A DNA stretch of 64,000 bases, taken from the NCBI RefSeq assembly GCF_039652615.1, contig NZ_JBDJAC010000011.1, positions 15,744 through 79,743 of the forward strand. The letters run 5' to 3'. A model generated the notes under the pieces. It had not been told where the DNA came from, did not search any database, and saw nothing but the letters and a program-made list of their open reading frames with translations. The DNA is from Fulvimarina sp. MAC3. GTDB lineage: Bacteria; Pseudomonadota; Alphaproteobacteria; Rhizobiales; Rhizobiaceae. Below are positions 59,655 through 64,000 of this stretch, piece after piece (the first letter of the stretch is position 1; each line of letters begins with the position of its first letter). The position numbers and the translations under genes are program-made.

Positions 59655-60405
59655 CGGATTCGCCCATATAGGCCGAACGGACCTCCCGGTTCTGGCTCAC
59701 CTCGTCATAGCTGCCTTCGGCGAGTACTGCGCCGAGCTGCAACACCGTGATCTTGTCTGAGAGATCGGCGACGACGTGAAGATTGTGCTCGACCATCAGC
59801 ACCGTTCGTCCCTTGGCGACCTGGCGGATGATATCGGCGACGCGCTGGACGTCGCCCGTCCCCATGCCGGCCATCGGCTCGTCGAGCAGCATCACCTTGG
59901 GTTCGAGCGCCAAGGTGGTTGCAAGTTCGAGCAGGCGTTTGCGGCCATAGGGCAGTTCGGCAGCGAGCACATTCTGGGAATCTTCGAGGCCCACCTGGGC
60001 GAGAATTTTTCGGGCATCCTCGTTGAGGACGTCGAGGCGGGATTCGGACTTCCAGAAATGATAAGAATTCCGCATCCGCCGCTGCAGGGCGACGCGGATG
60101 TTCTCCAGAAGCGTCAGATGCGGGAAGACCGAGGAGATCTGGAAGGAGCGCACGGCACCTTTCCGGGCGATCTGCGCTGGTTTTTCCGAGGTGATGTCCT
60201 TGCCGTTCAAGAAGATCTTGCCGGTCGTCGGCTCGAGAAACTTCGTGATGAGGTTGAACATCGTCGACTTGCCGGCGCCATTCGGTCCGATCAAGGCGTG
60301 GATCGTGCCTTGTCCGACTTTCAGGGAAACGTCGTTAACCGCCGTGAAGCCTTTGAACGATTTGGTCAAATTACGCGTCTCAATGGCGTAATCGGCGCTC
60401 GACAA
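59647..60405 (-). CDS. livG: Branched-chain amino acid ABC transporter ATP-binding protein (LivG type)
   Basis: 252 aa; Walker A GPNGAGKST, signature LPYGRKRLLELATTLA, Walker B VMLLDEP. 8-nt overlap with livF. Confidence 0.88.
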   Translation of the reverse strand: MSSADYAIETRNLTKSFKGFTAVNDVSLKVGQGTIHALIGPNGAGKSTMFNLITKFLEPTTGKIFLNGKDITSEKPAQIARKGAVRSFQISSVFPHLTLLENIRVALQRRMRNSYHFWKSESRLDVLNEDARKILAQVGLEDSQNVLAAELPYGRKRLLELATTLALEPKVMLLDEPMAGMGTGDVQRVADIIRQVAKGRTVLMVEHNLHVVADLSDKITVLQLGAVLAEGSYDEVSQNREVRSAYMGESDD

Positions 60406-60653
60406 TCGCTACTCCTCCCAAAGTTCGAATCGTCAATTTTGGGTGATCTAACAAGGTTCCGCAGCGAAGGTCAAAGCCTTGACGTTCCCCTCGTGAGCCT
60501 TAGGCGCCGCTTCTGCAACCAGGCGTCGAAGGCTCACGCGCCGGGTGCTGCACGAAAGGCGTTCGATCGCTTCGAATTCACGGATTTCAGGGACAAAATC
60601 CGCGGCGCGCGGCCTTCGCGCAGCGAGCCCTGCTGACGAGCCCGGATGACGTT

Positions 60654-61163
60654 TCAATCCGTCACAGCGAAGGGCGTCTCGTAATCGGCCTCTTCGAGAT
60701 TTCGGCCCTCGCCGCCGCGATCGACGACCAGAAAATCGGACACGTCCTCGAGCGACAGCAGCGGATGGTGCCAGACGTTCGGATGGTAGGAGACACCCTG
60801 ATCCGGTGCGGCGAGGAAAACCACCGGCTCGCCCGGCTTTCCGCCCTCGTCAGGTGCGACCACGACGAGATAGGGCCGCGCCGACAGGGGCATGAAAGCC
60901 TGGCTGCCGAGGGGATGACGCTCCATCATCTCGATCGTCACCGGAAAATCGAAGGGTTTACCGCGAAAGATCGAGATCAGCGGGTGCCCGCCTCCGGCGG
61001 CGACGTCGACCGGCGCGATATCATGGAAGCGCGTCGTAGTCCCTTTGTTGATGAGGCGGATTTCGGATGCGTTGTCCGTCTCGATGACCTCGCCGAACGG
61101 GCGAAAGGCATCGGCGTCGAGTGGGGTGGTCCGCAGATTTATCAAAACGTCTTTCCAATGAGC
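60654..61163 (-). CDS. allA: Ureidoglycolate lyase; start estimated (TTG)
   Basis: About 169 aa. It aligns with E. coli AllA along its length (FGEVIE…RFHDIA…ERHPLGSQAFMPL…YHPNVWHHPLLSLEDVSDFLVVDRGG). The annotated 191-aa N-terminus is not homologous. Confidence 0.75.
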   Translation of the reverse strand, partial: AHWKDVLINLRTTPLDADAFRPFGEVIETDNASEIRLINKGTTTRFHDIAPVDVAAGGGHPLISIFRGKPFDFPVTIEMMERHPLGSQAFMPLSARPYLVVVAPDEGGKPGEPVVFLAAPDQGVSYHPNVWHHPLLSLEDVSDFLVVDRGGEGRNLEEADYETPFAVTD

Positions 61164-61640
61164 CGGACAAGGCAGGTCGCGCCGCGGCGTTATCGCAGTG
61201 AGGATACGGACCGGACGCCGGCGGCTCAAGGGAGATCAATCGTGAGATGCCGGCGGGGAGGGCATCGGCCGCGACTCCGGAACCTCCTGCCACGGCCGTG
61301 GGGCACCGCAAGGGTGCCGAAGGCGCTGTTGCGATAGGGACCGAGGGGCCTGCGCGCAAGATAAGACCGGCAAGATCGCATGGGATGCAGTTTCGGCGAT
61401 CAACAAAACGGTCTTTCTCAAGGAAATATTATGGCGAATTCTTGAAGCGAACACGTCGGTGACCCCCGTTCACCGACCCAATCCCCTGCTGCGAAGGGGG
61501 TTCGCGAAGATGAATGAAGGATGAACAAAGCCAATAGTCGTTGTTCATCAAAAACTTGGGAACCGAACGCGATGCTTCGCTCTTTTCCTGTCGACCCGCC
61601 GCGAGATGATGGTGGCGGTAACAATTTCGGAGTATATCTC

Positions 61641-62312
61641 ATGAAACTTCTTCGCACGACCGCTCTTGCTGCCGGTGCCCTTTCGATCGCGGCCTTCGCC
61701 GCGACCCCGTCGATGGCGCAGACCGCAGTATCCTCGACGACGGATCTCAACGTTCGCGCCGGACCAGGCTCCAACTACGGGATCGTTGGTGTCATTCCGA
61801 ACGGCGACGCCGCGACCCTCGATGGTTGTACGGAAGGCGGGGAATGGTGCCGCGTCACCGTCAACGGCACCCAGGGCTGGGCCTTCGCCAATTATCTGAC
61901 CACGGATGTGGAGGGGCAGCAGGTCGTTGTCGTCGAGCGCCGTCAGGCTTCACCTGAAGCGGTTCCGACCGTGACCTATGAAGACGAAGGCGGTGCCGGC
62001 GAAGTCGCGGGTGCTGCGGCAGGCGCGACGATCGGCGCGCTCGTTGGTGGTCCGGTCGGTGCGGCCGTCGGCGGCGGTGTCGGCCTCGTGGCCGGTGCGG
62101 CGATCAATCCGCCAGACGCTCGGGTCGAATATGTCCGCTCCAACCCGGTCGATCCGGTCTATCTCGAAGGCGAGACGGTCATCGGTGCCGGCATCCCCGA
62201 GAACGTTCAGCTCAACCCGGTTCCTGAGTATGAGTACGAATATGCCAACGTGAACGGTCAGGAAGTTCTCGTCGATCCAAACACCCGTCAGATCGTCTAC
62301 ATCCTTCGCTAA
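61641..62312 (+). CDS. Secreted SH3b-domain / DUF1236-like protein
   Basis: About 223 aa from MKLLRTTALAAGALSIAAFAATPSMAQ (signal). SH3_3-like region DLNVRAGPGSNYGIVGVIPNGDAATLDGCTEGGEWCRVTVNGTQGWAFANYL. Gly/Ala/Val-rich linker and a C-terminal YEYEY segment. Confidence 0.65.
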   Translation: MKLLRTTALAAGALSIAAFAATPSMAQTAVSSTTDLNVRAGPGSNYGIVGVIPNGDAATLDGCTEGGEWCRVTVNGTQGWAFANYLTTDVEGQQVVVVERRQASPEAVPTVTYEDEGGAGEVAGAAAGATIGALVGGPVGAAVGGGVGLVAGAAINPPDARVEYVRSNPVDPVYLEGETVIGAGIPENVQLNPVPEYEYEYANVNGQEVLVDPNTRQIVYILR

Positions 62313-62503
62313 CCGCCAGTAATCTCATTCGATACGGTGGAACGGGCGTCCTTCTGGGCGCCCGTTTTCGTTTGTCCCCCCTTTCGCTTGATGCGCCGTT
62401 CCATGGGTCTCACGGCAGATGACGGGGTCGTCTCCTGCGCCCTTGCAGGCTGGCCGCCTCGCGGTGCATCATCGATCTCCAAGACATCGAATCGAGGCGC
62501 ATC

Positions 62504-62872
62504 ATGGCGGGCGAAAACGGCGGCACACTGACGACCCATGTGCTGGATACGGCGACCGGCCGGCCGGCAGCGGGGCTTTCCATCAAGCTCTATCGGGTGG
62601 GCTCCAGCGGGGCACGCGAAAAGATCGCCGATGTCACGACCAATAGCGACGGGCGTTGCGACGGCCCGATTCTTGGTTCTGATGGGTTTCAGATCGGCCT
62701 TTACGAACTGGTTTTCGCGGCGGGCGCCTATTTCGATGGTCTCGACCTCGATCTGCCCGATCCGAAATTCCTCGACGACGTCGTCATCCGCTTCGGGATG
62801 AGCGAACATACCCATTACCATGTGCCGCTGCTGATCTCGCCCTTCGGCTACTCCACATATCGGGGGAGCTGA
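62504..62872 (+). CDS. hiuH: 5-hydroxyisourate hydrolase (transthyretin-like)
   Basis: 122 aa with HVLDTATGRPAAG and the C-terminal signature YRGS. Confidence 0.9.
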   Translation: MAGENGGTLTTHVLDTATGRPAAGLSIKLYRVGSSGAREKIADVTTNSDGRCDGPILGSDGFQIGLYELVFAAGAYFDGLDLDLPDPKFLDDVVIRFGMSEHTHYHVPLLISPFGYSTYRGS

Positions 62873-64000
62873 ATGACATCCGATACCGCCCAACCGATCC
62901 GCTTCCTCCTCAATGGCGAGAAGCGTTCTGTCTCCGGCGTCGCCGCAACGACGACGCTGTTGCGATATTTGCGCGAAACCGAGCGCCTGACCGGCACCAA
63001 GGAAGGCTGCGCCGAGGGCGATTGCGGGGCCTGCACGGTGCTGATCTCGGAAAACGACGGACACGGCGGGCTGAAGCGCCGGCCGGTGAATGCCTGCATC
63101 CAGTTCCTGCCTGCCATGAACGGCCGGGCGATCGAGACCGTGGAAAAGCTTGGGCTCCATCGCGGCGCGGACGGGGCGAAGGCCCTGCGCGAGGCGATGG
63201 TGGAGGGTCATGCCAGCCAGTGCGGTTTCTGCACGCCAGGCTTCGTCGTCCAGCTCTTTTCCGCTTGGGATAGCGGCAAGCTGACCGATCGCCAGACGGT
63301 GAAGGACCAGATTTCCGGCAATCTTTGCCGCTGCACCGGCTACGGCCCGATCATCGATGCCGGCGAGACGCTGGCGAAGCTTCCCAAACCCGATACGCTG
63401 GGCGAGGATCTGGCGCTCGCCAAGCGCCTCGGCGACATCCAGAACGGTGCGAACTTCCGCTACGAGGGGGAAGGTCCGGGCGGGCACCAGCTCTGGTTCG
63501 CGCCCGAAAACGTCGACGATCTTGCCGACACCTATGCCGCCCATCCCGATGCGACCCTCGTTGCGGGGGCGACCGATGTGGGGCTTTGGGTCACCAAGCA
63601 GCACCGCGATCTTTCCGTTCTGATCGATGTCTCCAAGGTCCGCGACCTTCAGATGATCGAGGAGCGGCTCGACGTTCTTTATTTCGGGGCCGGCGTCACC
63701 CATGCCGAGGCGTTCGCAACGCTGGCCGATCTTCATCCCGATCTCGGTGAGATGATGCGCCGCTTTGCCGGCTCACAGATCCGCAATGCCGGCACCGTGG
63801 GTGGCAACATCGCCAACGGCTCGCCCATCGGCGATCTTCCACCCTGCCTGATCGCGCTCGGGGGCCGGGTCTATCTGCGCAAGGGCGATGACATGCGCGT
63901 TATCGATCTGGAGCGCTTCTTCATCGAATACGGCAAACAGGACCGCGCGCCGGGCGAATTCGTGGTCGCGCTGGAAGTGCCGCGGCTGGAGGAGAACCAG
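62873..64000 (+). CDS. xdhA: Xanthine dehydrogenase small subunit XdhA ([2Fe-2S] plus FAD-binding domains), 5' part; the gene continues past the window edge
   Basis: ATG overlaps the hiuH stop. MTSDTAQPIRFLLNGEKRSV…GCAEGDCGACTV ([2Fe-2S] ferredoxin motif), then …CRCTGYGPI and an FAD-binding region (…GATDVGLWVTKQ…). No stop before 64000. Confidence 0.9.
   Translation, partial: MTSDTAQPIRFLLNGEKRSVSGVAATTTLLRYLRETERLTGTKEGCAEGDCGACTVLISENDGHGGLKRRPVNACIQFLPAMNGRAIETVEKLGLHRGADGAKALREAMVEGHASQCGFCTPGFVVQLFSAWDSGKLTDRQTVKDQISGNLCRCTGYGPIIDAGETLAKLPKPDTLGEDLALAKRLGDIQNGANFRYEGEGPGGHQLWFAPENVDDLADTYAAHPDATLVAGATDVGLWVTKQHRDLSVLIDVSKVRDLQMIEERLDVLYFGAGVTHAEAFATLADLHPDLGEMMRRFAGSQIRNAGTVGGNIANGSPIGDLPPCLIALGGRVYLRKGDDMRVIDLERFFIEYGKQDRAPGEFVVALEVPRLEENQ

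Noticed and set aside
61021-61462. Small ORFs (61236-61454 minus, 61247-61462 plus) in the allA/SH3b divergent spacer
   Set aside because: They have no SD and Arg/Ala/Pro-rich composition, so the region is treated as a promoter or operator region.
62309-63736. 475-aa ORF on the minus strand
   Set aside because: It lies antisense to the hiuH and xdhA genes, both of which carry clear family signatures (YRGS; [2Fe-2S] Cys motif). It is a long open frame typical of high-GC antisense strands and has Arg/Gly/Ala-biased, non-protein-like composition.

Overview
This is a high-GC (about 62 %) chromosomal segment from an alphaproteobacterium, most likely of the Rhizobiales, on the evidence of gene content and order. 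Left to right it holds: a partial ferredoxin-reductase-type FAD oxidoreductase; a divergent oxyR-like LysR regulator and monofunctional catalase pair; and a roughly 14 kb flagellar region. The flagellar region consists of flgF-fliI on the minus strand, divergently motA-fliM-(small ORF)-fliN-fliG-flhB, a hypothetical gene, a glutathione S-transferase, and then flgB-flgC-fliE-flgG-flgA-flgI-motE-like-flgH. Next come tRNA-Glu, a DUF882/M15 lipoprotein, glyoxalase I, an unusual Ser/Asp/Met-rich secreted protein, a two-domain cold-shock protein and a DUF192 protein. The rpmI-rplT-pheS block is separated from pheT by an 8.4 kb inserted accessory block carrying dgkA, an SPFH/NfeD pair, a DUF1007/NicO metal-transport pair, a second SPFH protein, a tRNA-like relic, an L,D-transpeptidase and a membrane protein. 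After pheT come a comM/yifB-like ATPase, gshB, sthA and a low-GC islet with a DUF922 HExxH protein, a secreted hypothetical and a PBP4-like carboxypeptidase. Then come glucokinase, MepA, adenosine-kinase-like PfkB, guaB, a fused 1232-aa hydantoinase A/B (5-oxoprolinase-like), maf-aroE-coaE, a stand-alone 25-aa sORF cassette, a livG-livF-livH-livM operon, allA, an SH3b/DUF1236 protein, hiuH and the start of xdhA. Two families of dispersed intergenic mosaic repeats (RIME/REP-like, 105-125 bp, built from hairpin modules) occur at least 12 times and are the most conspicuous non-genic structure. No CRISPR array, IS element or phage genes were seen. Coordinates of internal starts are my estimates (about 3-30 nt uncertainty). 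Product calls rest on motif recognition by eye; no database searches were run.
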